A stretch of 64,000 nucleotides of DNA from Fistulifera solaris (Eukaryota): positions 682,001-746,000 of the forward strand of contig AP026127.1 in the NCBI GenBank assembly GCA_030295235.1, read 5' to 3'. Within the stretch, counting starts at the first letter, position 1. Every line of letters begins with the position of its first letter. Under the pieces are notes generated by a model. It had not been told where the DNA came from and did not search any database. It saw only the letters and a list, made by a program, of their open reading frames with translations. This document shows, piece by piece, positions 11,181 to 25,187 of this stretch. Made by a program: the position numbers and the translations under genes.

Positions 11181-14100
11181 ATGTCATACAACAGTGTGAA
11201 TAATCAAAACTCCGTCAATGTCACGGCGCTATTGAAAAGACGGAGCACTACGACAAAGACGAACGCTACATGGCCATTTCGGACCTCCGCGACTTTTTGA
11301 AGCGACAGGAAGGAACGACGCACGATACCGCCACGGAACGCAACATTTGTACGGCTGTCTTGCGTCTTTTGCACGACAAATCGAATGATGTTCAAGCCAT
11401 GGCCGTGAAGACATTGTCGGATTTGCTGACTACGGTACAACAAGAGCAAGTCGTGGAAATTGCGGATTCGCTCGCGGATCAAGTGCTGGACAACAATAAA
11501 TCTGAATTGCGCGATGTGTATTCGATTGGGTTGCGTACACTCGTCAAGACGATTCCCGCTCCCATGGGAGATCGTGTTTCGCAACGTTTGGTGGGCCGGC
11601 TTCTCGATGGCATTCAATCCTCCGAAGAAGAGATTGTGTTGGCTTGTCTCGATACTTGGACGGAATTGCTCACGCGGTTCGGATCGTCGGTAGTGCACGT
11701 ATCCCGACAGCACCAGCCTCTTCTGTTGCAGTGCTTGAAGTTGTTGAACTCACCGACACCCGTCATTCGGAAACGATCGGGAAATTGCATGGGAGTTCTC
11801 TCGACTGTACTCAGTGATGTGCTTTTAAATCAAATGATTCAGTCGCTACTCGAGCCTATTGAAATTCCCAAAAGCAAAGATCAAGATACGAGAGCCTGGA
11901 TTCGGACCCTGTGTACCGTATCGGGATCTGTCGGGCATCGCATGAGTCAGCAGCAAATTGATCGGATTCTGCAGTTGTTCTTGCAGTTTACGAAACCAGC
12001 CGATGCAATGACGGGAGACGACGAGGATGACGCCGAAATGGCGGGTACGACGGATGAACACGCGATCAATGTCATGAATGAATTGCGTGAATCGTGTTTC
12101 ATGGGATACGAATCGTTCATCACGCTGTGTCCCAATGAAGTGCAACCGCACATGGATAAGATCATTCAAGCTGCGTTGGCGTATATGAGTTACGATCCGA
12201 ACTACAGCTATGGTGTGGACGATGAAGATGACGAGGCCGTCGATGATGCTGATGGAGACGGAGATGACGATGAAGAAAATGAATATGAAGAAGAGGAAGA
12301 AGACGATGATGAGGAAGAGGACGACGATGATGAAAGCTGGAAAGTCCGACGCAGTGCGATTCGTGCTCTCAAAGGAGTGGTCTCTGCCTGCAGCAAAGAC
12401 CCCACGCGATTGTGGAACAAGACTTACTCGATTCGGCAGGGGAAATCCAGTGTCGTGGCTTTGGCGATTCTGGGTCGTTTCCGAGAACGCGAGGAAAACT
12501 GTCGGGTTGAGATCATCGACTGCTTCAATCAGATGCTCGCTTCTCTCGTTGCCGCGGACGAGAGGGGTGGCATTCGTATTGCCAGTGACGAGACTATGGA
12601 TGACGAAAGCGCTTTTTTTATCGATTTCGGGCGGCTTTACACGTCTAAGCTAGTCAAGGCCTCCGAAAAGATTTTGGAAATAAAGAAAGGCAATGAACGC
12701 TCCAAGTCTAGTGCGCTGTCGTTGCTTTCGACTCTCTGCAATGTTCCAGGTGGGCTGGGATCCTCTAGTGCCATTTCTTCAGTCTTGAGTCATATTCAAG
12801 TCTTCTTATCTTCGTCGGGTGCAAAGGACTCCACCGCACACCGCGAAAGTACCAGCAAGGGTCTCCGTCTTGATGCACTGACCACAGTCCATGCCATCCT
12901 ATCGTCAACGAACCACGATCCGGAATGGATGAGAGCTGACATTCAAAACAAGCTTCTTCCCCAGTTGTGTCTGTCGGTTCAAGAGCAATGGTACAAAGTC
13001 ATCGCCGAAGCGTTACGTTCTTTGACGCAAGTGCCCAAAATAATTGTATCTGGAGTAGATCCCTCATCCAAGGATTGCAAGGTGGTTGCTCAAAAGCTGT
13101 ATGACGCCGTCCAGCCCTTGTTGGCAACGCATGATGTTGATCAGGAAATCAAGGATTGTGCTCTTGATGCTTGTGCTGCCCTTCTTATGTCGATGAATGA
13201 TAGCTTATCGAATGAGCAAAGGGAGAACCTTCTGAAGCTTTTATTGGATCGATTGCAGAATGAGACTACGCGCATTGCGGCCATCAAAACCCTTGCTGAA
13301 ATTGCCGGCTGTTCGAATAAAATTGATCTGTCTCCGATTCTGGCGGAATCGGTCCGTTCCATGGGTTCGTTCTTGAAGCTCAGTAGCCGTTCGTTGCGGC
13401 AAACTTCTCTTGAAGCTTTGATTGTTGTGGTAAATCAACATGGAGATACTTTAAATGATCCGAGTGGAGACTTGTATTCTTCGGTGCTGGTCGATCTGGA
13501 AACTCTCGTCGTAGCGACAGATTTGCATGTGACCCAACTCAGTTTGTAAGTTCTCAACATTTCATTCCCCTGATCTACTTTTCACGGCTAACAATTGCAT
13601 TCTTATCGACAGACGTGTCTGTGAAGCAATTCTGTCGGTATGCCCAGCAGCGGGTGCTACATTCAGGTCTAATGTTTTAGGGCGTGCTCTCGCGCTGTCC
13701 ACGGCGTCGTCTCTCCAAGATAGTGCTCTTGCGTCTTTACTGGCCTTGTTTGAGCGGTCCATTACGAGCAACGCAGTCGAGTTTCAGGAATTATTCGAGA
13801 AATTGCACCAGCAGCTCAAGCCTGAGTTGAGTAAGACAGCCACATATCACTTGGCCGAATGTATCGCAGCTGCTGCAAGCGCAACTCACCAAGAAAACAC
13901 AAAGACTGTCCTGGATGGAGCTTTGGACGCAATGAAAACGGCTGTTTTAGATGAAACTGACGGTGCAAGAGTCAAGGACTTGCAACTATCAGTCCTCATC
14001 GCGGGAGACATTGGTCGCAAAGTAGATACAGTCGCTGTCTTTGGGGCTGGTTTCGCGGATGATTTGAGAGTTTCATTTGTACGTCTCCTGGATCATTCTG

Positions 14101-15215
14101 TTGACGAATTGATGTATGCAGCGGCGTATGCTTTGGGAAACGCTTCAGTCAAGTCGCCATCTGTCTTTCTCTCTGAAATTGTCCAGCGTATCGACTCGAG
14201 CAATAAGAAACAGAAACATGTAGTGCTCTCCGCGCTTCGTGACTTTATCAAGTGCGGGCACAAACTATCGGCTACAGACATTACGTCCGCCTCACTGCCG
14301 GTCATTCTGCCGCCCCTGGAACACAACTGCGGAGATTCCGAAGAGGGTGTGCGAACTATGGTCGCCGATTGCTTTGGTTCGCTAGCTTGTCTCCATCCCG
14401 ACGAAGTGCTTTCAAAATTGCAGTCCATCCTGTCCGCACATTCCGAGATAGCCGCCCCCGGTGGAAAAATCTCCGAAAAAGATGAAAATTCGAAGAAGAA
14501 TGCTTGGGTAAGCTGGACAGTCATTACCTCAGTAAAACAAGCTATCGCCGGAAAAGTGGATGCTGTTAAACTTGCTGCCGCCATGCCGACCTTCGTCGCA
14601 GTATTGAAGCAACAGGAACTGTCACTTCGAACGACAGCCCTTCTTATGATCTACGCTTCCGTGCACCATCTGCCTCAAGCTATTACAGGTCTCCTGGATG
14701 AAATCGTATTCCCAGAGCTTTACCGAGTGGCGAGCCTGAAACTTGAGCGTAAGGTTGACCTTGGACCGTTCACGCATACAGTAGACGACGCTTTACCCCT
14801 TCGAAAGGCCGCACTAAGTATCTTTGCAAGCTGTTTGGAGAACGCTCCTGAGTCTATGGACATGAGCAAGTTTTTGCCAGTTCTAGCTACCGCTATGGGC
14901 GATGCTGAAGATATCCAATTGCATGCTCATCAAGTTGTGATATCCATGTGCGCGCGACAGCCTAGCTACTTAGTCGCTTCTATTGACACGTTCGTGGATC
15001 CTCTCGAAAAAACCATGAACAAGAAACCAGGTCAAAAGACCGGCACTGAACTTGAGCGCCTCAATGACTGGATTAAGAGTTCGATTCGCGTCATGATAGC
15101 TCTCAATGCATTGGATGGTGTCCCGAGCTCTGGTAAATTCGGTCAGTTTGTTGAGCGGATCAAATCAGATGCAAAGTTTGCGGAGAAGATTCGAACGATT
15201 GAGGAAGAGCGCTAG
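11181..15215 (+). CDS. CAND1: Cullin-associated NEDD8-dissociated protein 1 (TIP120); intron 13546-13612, frameshift near 11235
   Basis: YDKDERYMAISDL N-terminus, YDPNY + acidic tract + SWKVRRSA, FREREENCR, NETTRIAAIK, VDLGPFTHTVDDALPLRK. Confidence 0.95.
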
Positions 15216-15622
15216 TATTGTCGACGAACTAATATCGGCTTCTCGGTTCACTTTTGATGACGATTAGCTCGTTCTATTTTACGAAAATTCTTTGTCATTT
15301 CCCGTAGCAATATTCTCGTGGCTCTCAATCTCTTTTTGAAATTTGTCCATACTTTCATACACGCACCTACCAGGGTACCGCTCAACGGACTTCTTTCCCG
15401 TATAGCTGGATTGATTTGACTCACGGACAGTCAAGTCTACAGTTAAAGGATAGTGAAAGTAACATGTATGGTTTATTGTGTTGAACACCTTTTTGTTGTC
15501 GCTTTTATCGCATCGTCGCGTTTTGATTTCGTCGTTTCATTTTGGTCATCGTCATCGACCAAGACGACTTATTACAAATTGTACGCCTTTCTTTTAGTTC
15601 ATTGATAGCTATTGCCATTAAC

Positions 15623-15966
15623 ATGACAGAGTCGGACACGGGGGATGTTTCTATTCAAGAATTGCAGGACACGGTGAGCCGCTTGGCATCGCACAAGGGC
15701 GTGCAATCGGTCCTCATATTGAACCGGGAGGGCGATATTCTAGCCGAGAGTATTGTCAATTTTACGCCTTCATTAAATGTAGACGAAGCACCGAAACACG
15801 AACTAGCAAAACAATCGCACAAATTACTCACATCCGCACGGGCGTACTTGCAATCTCTAGACCCAAATGACGAAGTAGCTTTTTGCAACTGCGATCGAAA
15901 AACAATCACGAAGTCATGATTGCACCGCATGAAGGATACGTCTTGGCAGTTTCCAAGCGGTTGTAA
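15623..15966 (+). CDS. DYNLRB: Dynein light chain roadblock-type; frameshift in T-run near 15880
   Basis: TVSRLASHKGVQSVLILNREG ... LDPNDEVAF, then LQLRSKNNHEVMIAP in the shifted frame. Confidence 0.85.
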
Positions 15967-16102
15967 GGATAGAACGATCCTAGATGTACCATTACATGCA
16001 ATTGATGACCGTAGACAAAGTACGATTCTAAAATATATGATGCGAAATCTTGATTCAAAAAGAAAGAATTTATATAGGGCGCTCATAAGCCTTTTAACGA
16101 TT

Positions 16103-18210
16103 CTAGTCAATCTCGATCACCTCCTTTGTAAAAGTACGGACGGATGACGTTTGACTGAAAATCGGACGCAGGTCTTCATCGTCGCTATCGTCGTCTAAGA
16201 GTTGGATGGTCGGTTTAGGAGTCTGTCTTTCGAAAGGAAGAAACGACTCGAAAGAGCTAGGAAAATCGTCTAGATGGCGATCCGCTGCTGTGAGGGAGCA
16301 AGTTTCTGTTTCCGAAACGCGTGCTTTGTCGGCTTGCGGCGGATCCTTCAACAACGAAGGCGTTGAAGCCGCTACCGTGGTTGATGTTGCAAACTGACTG
16401 GGGCGAGAGGATATGTCTTCGTCGTCATCGTCACTATCTAGCATCTGTATGATCGAATTTTCTGGAGAAGGGGGGTTGTTGTTCGATTGTTGTCGTCTTT
16501 CGGGAGGCGAATCTTCAAAAGAAGTTGGATACTTCTCCAAAATACTCTCCATCGGATTGGTTGCTAGGCCAGCGGAATAGGACTTCGCGGGACATGTATC
16601 CGCGACAAGATTTTCATTCACGGGCGGTGGACCCTTACGCACAGCTTCTGCTGTACATGGCATGGTGTTTTCTTTCGCAAATTGCGCAGTTGCAACTGCA
16701 GTTTTAGTTGCCGGTAAAGTGCCTTGCCGGTGCACGAGGGGCTCGTCATCTCTCATTGCCAATCCGTATGCTACATGCAATTCTGCGGAGCTCCGTGGAC
16801 CAACCTTGCTAGTCCGCGCTCCCTCGCTTACGACTACCTCGGACAAGAGCTCCCATCGGTGGTATTTGGGTACCGAATCGTACGCCTCCAGCAAGTGACA
16901 CGTCGTAGGATAGAGTTCCTGTAAGCGAACAATCTTTCTGGCATTAACTGTGCTGACTTGCTTGAGCATAAACCCATGCAAACTACCAACGCGCCGATTG
17001 GTGATTTCTCGATCACGTTCGACAATTGCCTTCAGTTCGCTGTATGTCATGAAGCGTTGCGTACCAAAAGGAGGCGTCGGATCACAATCAAAAGTCATTT
17101 CCATCAATGACTGCATGCGCTTTCGCCGATGACGACGGTTTTGTGCTAGTATTTCTCTTTCATCAGAGGGTCGCACGTCACTTTGAACGGCTACTTGACT
17201 GAAATTGGGTAGGGCTTCGGAGGAAGTAAAGACTGCGGGAAACGTCCTCTGCAAGATGCGACGATGCATTCGTTTCAAAGTAACAACAGTATCATCCATG
17301 TGCTTGGTTTGAAGAATTTGAAAGCCCGTGTGGAGTCGAATTTCCCACAACGCCGAAAGCAAAGTATCCGCCGGACATCGGTGCTGATCCTTTGTAATAT
17401 CGCCCTCAATCAAGAAGACAACTTGGGCAATTCCTGTTTCTTTCAAACGCTTTCGCTGTTCCATATAACGTGTTCCGAACAAACTTGCTTTCAAATCTTC
17501 GGCCGATTTACGTTCCACAATGGTCCCTACCAGTAATTCCTCCACAACTTTTCCACCCTGCGTCCCCTGCGCGATCCAGGCCATATCCCCGATGGGCAAA
17601 GTCCTTTCTTCCGTGGGAATCCCCGATTGCTGACATGCCGAACGCATTTTGTTGCGCTCTTGTTCTCTAACATCAATCAATAAAACAACCCGCCATACCA
17701 TTCGTTGATTCTTCCAGTTCAATGCCCGGGCTTGTGCTTGTTCGACCGCCAACTGCTTTTTTCGTCTTTTTCTCCACCATCGCCGGCTCGAGTGTTCTTT
17801 TTCGTGAAGTTCCGTCATTGCCTGCAGATTGATGATTGATATTAATGTTGATTGCAGTTGGTAAGGTTTTACGGACAATGCAGGATTCTCCGGCATCGGG
17901 CGAGACCCCACTCAGCGCAATCGATGCCGCTTTCGGACGCGGCGTTTTTTCGGGAGGCACAATCATTTTTGCAATCGTCGGTCCCACAAACGGCAACGTC
18001 AATGCTTCATCGTACGTTACAACCGGATCTTTGGCTTTCTGAAGTGACTCGATGGCGCGCTTTAATGTGAAAACGAAATTACCGTGCGCTCGTTCTTGCT
18101 TTTCAAGCAAACGGTCCAGAGCGGCTTGATTGGCGTCGCATGTTGCCGTATGAAATTTGGAGCGTCCCGTTCTTTTTTACCGGAAGGCCTTTCTGACAAG
18201 AGTGCGGCAT
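16103..18210 (-). CDS. MUS81: Crossover junction endonuclease MUS81; frameshifts near 17760 and 18175
   Basis: N-terminal HhH (ALTLPFVGPTIA). ERCC4 domain LLIDVRE, LPIGDMAW, IVERKSAEDLKAS, RYMEQRKRL, FLIEGD. Confidence 0.9.
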
Positions 18211-18583
18211 GTTTCGTTGAAAGTGCGTCTGATTTTATGAAGAAGAGTCAAAGAAATACAGTTGAGCATTAAATAATAGTGAAGACTTCATGGAAGGAGA
18301 TGAATGACACGAAGCAACGTTCTGGCATGGCTGGCGTTTTCAACGGACAGCTACGGCACTCATATCATCGTTACTACTCATGACTGATTCACTGGTGACT
18401 GGGAGGAGATGCTTGACGTCACTTCTTGACTGACTCATACCCGCGCCAACACTAACAAAAAAAAACACGCCGATACTTGTAGTTGGATTTCGATGAGATA
18501 TCGTCAAACGGTCATTATTTCTTTGAAGACTTTGTATCTCATTTGAAAGTTCTCATCGTCCATCACAACGATATTACCCTGTA

Positions 18584-19465
18584 ATGAAGTATTCTCGCAC
18601 CGTTTGCACTTCTCTGATTGCCTTGACTTCGACCACGTTGGCATTCCGTAGTTCGTCGTCTACCTTTCTCGGTCAATCAACAATTCGTCAAGCCTCTCGT
18701 GTCATTCCGTATTCCGCCACGACTCCCACTATGCTTTTGAATAAATTGTTTGGAGGCGGTGCATTCGGTACCGAACGCATTGCCTACCAAAACTTGGATC
18801 ATCCCGGGCCCGAATTGGCGAAATGGGCCGAGCAGGGCAAAATGCCCGCCACATCGGAACGTGATCCCCATTTGGCGCTAGCGACTTTTGCGGGTGGATG
18901 CTTTTGGGGCTTGGAATTGGCTTACCAGCGTGTACCGGGAGTGCAATACACGGCAGTTGGTTATGCACAGGGACCGGAAGAGTTTCCCACTTACAATCAA
19001 GTTTGTGCGGGTGCCACGGGTCATACCGAAGCTGTCATGGTGTATTATGATCCAAAGGAATGTGATTACTCCAAGTTATTGGATACCTTTTTTGATCGTG
19101 TCGATCCGACGACTGTGAATGGTCAAGGGCGTGATTTTGGGTGAGTCTTGTTCTCGATCGCTGAGGTCCATTATAGTACCAAGTCTTTTGCTCATTTATT
19201 CATTCGTATCTCGCTTTTCAATTTGCAGGAAACAATACCGGACAGGAATTTACTTTCATACACCGGAACAAGAGGCCATTGCACGAGCGCGCTTTGAAGA
19301 AGAGGCCAAGAAATACAAAAAGCCCATGGCCACGGAATTAAAAGCCGCAACGCCCTTTTGGCCAGCAGAAAAGTATCATCAGCAGTATTTGGAAAGGGCG
19401 GACGCTTTGGAATGCCCCAGGATGCTTCCAAGGGCGCTACAGAGACCATTCGATGCTACGGTTAA
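18584..19465 (+). CDS. MSRA: Plastid-targeted peptide methionine sulfoxide reductase A; intron 19141-19228, frameshift near 19394
   Basis: AGGCFWG, GHTEAV, AEKYHQQYL, C-terminal IRCYG*; signal peptide + LAF transit peptide. Confidence 0.95.
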
Positions 19466-19636
19466 TTTACATTTAGAAGCGAACTACGTGTGCAAAATGT
19501 TTAAACACTTTTAGCTTGCGTTTACTTGAGAGTTTGTTTCTCATAGATACAGGCAAGGCCAAGTTCAAAAATATCCAGAAAAACCAAAATACACTTTATT
19601 TCTAGATACAGATTATAAGTATTACCAAGTTTGTAA

Positions 19637-21161
19637 TCAAAGGTTGGTGGAATCGGAGGTGTCCTCTTTGTCAAAATCGTGCATGACGATCGTATTATCG
19701 GCGCCATCACTGACAATTCGAGCACCATCGGTCCATATGGAGTTCAGCCACACCTTGTATCCCACAAACTGGTATAAGAACGTCATTTCATCGACGTCCC
19801 AAACGCGAACGCTAGAATCCTGCCCGCCGCTTACAACAATACCCGGTCGAGGACTGGAGAGACTACGCACGGAAGCAAGATGCCTGGATTCATACGCCTT
19901 GAGTGGTTTGAGAAATGGCCTCTTGGTGTTTACATTACCAAACTCATCCAACCTAAGACGCTGCTGGAATAGACTACCATCATTGCCACCACAAACGATC
20001 GAATATTGCTGAGTTCCTGTACTCTTCTCGCCTGCCTTGCTGTGTGCTACAAATGTACATGACTGAATAAATGCATTGGAGGACTTTCGTTCCATCGAGT
20101 CGAATGGAGGAGTGAAGGAAGCTAAGGGTTGCCCGCTTTCGTCATCCTCTAGCGAAATCAGTTCCACCTTGCCATAGGCAGTGCTCGCCACAGCGCATCC
20201 GAGCTCCGAATCAACGTGCATGGATACTAATCCGGCACTAAGCTTCCACGAATATTCCGGACTCTTACGTAATACCAAGGGAAGATCGTCATCCAAGGGA
20301 TAGCCATGCACATGCCCATCGGCAGTTCCTACCCATAGATACTCGTCGTCCAAATGTAATGCGACCACGAGAACTCCCTCCAGTGCTTCCATTGACCCTT
20401 GAGATACTAGTTGCTTCGAACCAGGATCATAACCCCACAGCTTTACACCGCCGTCTGCAATTTCCGAAGCAGCAGATTCGCTTTGAGATTGAATTCATTT
20501 TTCACAGATGGAAAGTGTTGACTGCAGCCTGCAATTCAAATTCAAACTCACCTCGATCCGCTGAGCAAATTCTCGACCCCGAAAAAGCCACTGACAGTGT
20601 ACCCCCGCCATCGAAAGACCCATACAAGAGACGTAGCGTCTGCTCCAGGTCGGCAGGAGACGCCAATGCTTCATCACTATCGTCACTCTCTTGCTCACTT
20701 TCAGGTTTCAGATTGCTAGCAAGAACTTCTCCCGTTTCCAAATGAGTGACGTACAAATATCCTCGCGCACTACCACATACCGCCAGCGGATAATCCACAT
20801 CGAGTCTACGAACCCAGTCGGGTAAAACGACGGCCACTTTGGAGGAACATGTAGCATTCTTCCACCGCGAAATTCTTTGTTCTTCTTGTTCGTCGAGTTG
20901 CGAAGCACGAGCTTTAAGACTTTCAATCCATCCGGCCGAGTTACTATTGTCATCATCATTTTTCGAAAAATTATCCTCCGGACTGTATTCTAAGAGCGTG
21001 TTCGGTTTCCTATAACTCTTCCATTCGGCATCCGTTGGAATTCGTCGCGATGAGAACGACGGCGACGGTGAATGACCGCGTAGGGGGGCATTCAATCGGA
21101 AACTATCAGCTAATATGCAAACGTGCGCCGCAAATAAAATACACCGTGTCATTAAAATCAT
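19637..21161 (-). CDS. WD40-repeat protein, probably plastid-targeted; intron 20455-20551
   Basis: Splicing joins ORFs 20502..21161 and 19637..20392 in frame. SGGQDSSVRVWD and SDGADNTIVMHD repeats; signal peptide + DSF. Confidence 0.8.
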
Positions 21162-21693
21162 TGCTGATTATCGTTCTTTCTTCGTTTCGATCGCAGCACA
21201 ATGATCCGATTGCCTTTTTCACCTACAATGGAGAAATAAGAAAAAAATAAAGTCGACCAGCTCACAGAAATTCAAGCGAGCGTTGTTTCCTTTCGAATTC
21301 CGACATCACCCTACTTTTTCTTTCATTCGGATCGTCCGGCATTGAAGAAGCAAGTTCTGTGATATGAATATCAAAAGCACAAATATCTGGATACACGGTT
21401 TACTGTATAGAACGAATAGTTGCAAACGATGACGAGCATTTGCGTCTTGACTTCTTTCACAACACTAGCTTGTACCGGATGGTGAATGTATATATGAAAA
21501 AGTAGAGGGTTACTTTGTACCGAAACGTTCTTTGAGGAGTTGTTGTGATTAGTAAAAATAAAAACAGTGCGACTAAACCCTATTTCAACGAGTGTTTCAT
21601 CGCACGACAAAAAACGGAGAAGTAAGTCTAATAACCATTGCTGTTCAGCTCTATTGCACAAACGTAGCAGCTACTTCCTACCGCTACCTCACA

Positions 21694-22445
21694 ATGGAGG
21701 AAGAACAACAAGAGATAGTCGAGTTTCCCAATAAAGAGGAAATCGAAGAGGAAAAGAGTGAAAACAAAGAAAACACTTTTTCGGATGACCTCAGCATTGG
21801 TGACTCTCTCCCTCAGAAAAACTGTATGATCGAGCGTGAAATCAACTCTATATTCCACTTCAATGACCGCTTTCTAAACCCTACAGAACTGAAAAGAGTC
21901 TTGCCCAAGTTGGAAATAAACATGGCTTTTTAGTGAGACGAGAAGGAATGTCAATCGTTTGCAACAGAGGGGGTAAAAAGAGAAGGAGACGCCCTACCAG
22001 TGCTGGCTCCATCCGAAAAAAGACACGCAAGCGAAGGAAGCCCGAACTCAGATGCGATTGCCCCTTTAAAATCTGTTTCACGTATAACGAAACGGCGACG
22101 GTTCAGGAACAAATCGAAGGAGCCAAGTCAAGGTACTCGGACAAGATTCACATTACATCCATCTGTGTTACTCACGGAAATGGTTGCAATCCGGGTGATC
22201 AACAGATAGAGCACTGCATTCGCGCTTCCGGCGCGTTATTGGACCGGACTTCGGAGGCCGTATGGAAGGCGGTCGATCTGGTAAACAAGACCGACGTCAC
22301 TGCGAAAGATCTCCGCAAATTACTCCAGCCTGCAGTGCCCAAGAACTGTGTGTTGACATCACAAGACATTGCTAACTTTCGACAGTGGGCCAAAAAGAAT
22401 GGAAACCGCACTCAAAAGGAGAACATTCAAGCGAACGTAGGATGA
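21694..22445 (+). CDS. FAR1/MULE-type (WRKY-GCM1-like) zinc-finger protein without transposase catalytic domain; frameshift near 21893
   Basis: Corrected reading KHGFLVRREG..CNR..RCDCPFKI..HGNGC matches the FAR1-like DNA-binding pattern. Confidence 0.55.
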
Positions 22446-22488
22446 TTGATATAATCGTAGCAGATGTTTTCCAGTATATTTTTCGTTA

Positions 22489-23549
22489 TTATTTCTTTTT
22501 ACCAAACAAGACTTCCTCAAATTGCTTCCACAAGATACTAAACAAAATACCCTGCAATCCGTTGGCCAAAATTTTGGTTTCCAATCCACGAAAGAACAAG
22601 CCCTGCACGCCCGACTCTTGCAAGACATTCTTGACGACTTGCACGTACGTCAGTTGCTCTGGATGGGACTGTTTATAAACTTTGACGACACGAATGGAGT
22701 TGGAACACGTATCCGAGATGGCCGACGAGCAGAAACCCAAAAGTGCTCGACGGCCCAACTCGGCCAATTGCGTGTCTTGTTTCGGGATTTTCTCCGAAAG
22801 GTAGTTGTAGGTGGCAAACCACTGCAGATGGAGAAATGATTGGATGAGAAACACAAAAAGAAGAGAACGACAAACATAGAAGTAAGTATTCACAAGCACG
22901 TACCGGATAATGTCCGACAAACGTCGCACTCGCAGCGGCCAACGAGCCGTTGTATAACGTGAATACGCCATTCAATTTAATTTTATCCACAACCGAGGAG
23001 AATTTTCCGGTAACCTGCATCGTTGTCTTTACTGTATCCACTGGCATGAGGAAAATACGGAACAAAGCAGCCGCTCCACTGGCCGCCATGGTCTTGACAC
23101 CGACATTGAGGTCCTTGGTCGACTCGAGACCATTGAGAGCGGTCAAAACACCGGTATTGGCCGCTGTATCACCGAAACGACTGAGAGGACCTTGAATTAA
23201 AGCAGGAAGCACACCACGGTAGAAGCGAGGAATACCACCATCCGCATACAGCGTTCGGAGCGCCGTGGGGAAAGTAGTTCCATTGCGATATTGATAGTTG
23301 ATCTGAAGAAAAGGAGAGAAGAACAAGTGCAGAAAACACGGCGATGATAGTATTGAGACACGCCAAACTTCTCACACAACAAAACGAGAGCAAGCAGAGA
23401 CTCACGGTGGTTCGCATCCACATGAGAGCACCGACGTTAGCACCCATAGCAATGGCTCCGGCGGTTCCTCCCCGCAATGCACTAGCGGCCGCCTTGTTCA
23501 TCACTTGCGAAAAGCTTAGAACTTCTTCTTTCTTGGAAGCGTCCGTCAT
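22489..23549 (-). CDS. Mitochondrial carrier family protein; introns 22822-22903 and 23303-23405
   Basis: PVDTVKTTMQ signature, GIPRFYRG, GLFFRGL; canonical splice sites restore the frame. Confidence 0.88.
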
Positions 23550-24330
23550 TTTTTACTTGATGATTGTTAACCTTGAACTACAAAATGCCTCTTCCGGAAT
23601 GGTAACGATGATGACGGAGATGAATGAAGTTCATTGTTGTTCATCGGCAAAAGACGATGTTGTCGATAAAATAATTTTGATCCAGGACGGCGCAAATTAG
23701 AGTCAATAAAATAGTAGGAAGCTAAATAGCAAACGTCATCCTTTTCCAAACGACCGTTCAAGGTGCGCGTGGAGGAATGAATTTCGTGCGTGGCGTCTGT
23801 CTGCACTCGGCCTAGTCTTACTGTGGCCAAAACTGTAAGATCAATTACCCACGACTGGTTTTAGTCATGAGACATTCATAGCTTTTTTAGGCAAGCGCCC
23901 CTGTACTTCTTCATGATTGAACAACAAGTAGGTTGTCAAAAGGTAGCATCAGCCTAACTTGATACTTTTGTCATTGAGATTTCATCCAACAATGCTGTCA
24001 GATGGTTCCGGCGCTTCTTATAGTTTCACTGTGGCCCATTCTGTTGGTTCTACGCAAACACGACTGATTTCAGTCACATTCAAAACGGGCAATAAAATTT
24101 TACCAGCCCGTTTTGTTGAAACGCGCAATAATGAGCATCTCTCGACAATAATAACATAACATCGGTTACGTTTCAACACAAGTAATGCAAACTTGTGTGA
24201 TGTTGGATACGCATCGAAATTTACCAGTAAATCGATAGATACTCTTCAAAGCAGCAAGGAAAGTTTATTATTCTGCGAAAGGAGTTTGATGACTGTTGCC
24301 CAACGACACCAGTTCTCTATCATCTTGGTC

Positions 24331-24972
24331 ATGTTGTGGAGGTTGATTGCGAGAGGAACAGTAGCTTATTCGACCGGCGCTATTTCTCTTCTCAAGTCTC
24401 CACCCCATTGCTTCCGTGTCACTGAATACGGATGGTTAATAAGAGCTCATCGTACCGCTTTTCTTCACCCCGAACGATTCGATTCCTTGAATTTCCGCTT
24501 GTATTCGAGTACCACCCCTCGCAACAACAGCAATGACAACAGCAATCACGACAACTGGAAAGTGCCTGAATACATTGATATTCCCGAGGAAAACTTGGAT
24601 TTCTCGTTTGTTCGATCTTCGGGTGCGGGTGGTCAAAATGTGAACAAAGTCAATTCGCAGGTCCAAGTTCGACTGAACGTACACGAGGCCTATTGGATTC
24701 CATACGAAGTACGGCAACGTTTATTGCAACAACAAGCCAATCGGATCAGTAAGGAAGGTGTCTTGACGATTGCGGCACAAGAACATCGTACACAAGTGGC
24801 CAACCGCAAGGCCGCCGTACAAAAACTGCAGAACATGTTGCTGCAGGCGTGGCCTCGGCCGAAAGAGCGACGTATGCGGCAGGGTATTTCGATCAAAACA
24901 AAAGAGCAACGCAAGGAATTCAAACGTCGAAGGAGCGATGTCAAAGAAGGGAGAAAGAAGGTCGATTTTTGA
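24331..24972 (+). CDS. ICT1: Organellar ribosome-rescue peptidyl-tRNA hydrolase (ArfB/ICT1 family)
   Basis: FVRSSGAGGQNVNKVNS, QEHRTQVANR, basic C-terminal tail, N-terminal presequence. Confidence 0.9.
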   Translation: MLWRLIARGTVAYSTGAISLLKSPPHCFRVTEYGWLIRAHRTAFLHPERFDSLNFRLYSSTTPRNNSNDNSNHDNWKVPEYIDIPEENLDFSFVRSSGAGGQNVNKVNSQVQVRLNVHEAYWIPYEVRQRLLQQQANRISKEGVLTIAAQEHRTQVANRKAAVQKLQNMLLQAWPRPKERRMRQGISIKTKEQRKEFKRRRSDVKEGRKKVDF

Positions 24973-25187
24973 ATCTGGTTTACTCAAACGCCGAGTTTAT
25001 CGAGATCGCCATGAAAGTTGATTCGATTGTTTCCTTTATAACCTGTGCATTTCTTGAAGCACAAAATTTATAACAACCTCCGCCAATTTATTCATTCCTT
25101 TATTTGTTCTTAGGCGACGAGAATTGATGCACAGGAAATCTCATTCATTTGCAAAATAAAAAACACCCTTCTCTTTGCTTGCCCCTA

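Noticed and set aside
12210..12335. GAN-type trinucleotide-like repeat
   Set aside because: It encodes the normal acidic tract of CAND1.
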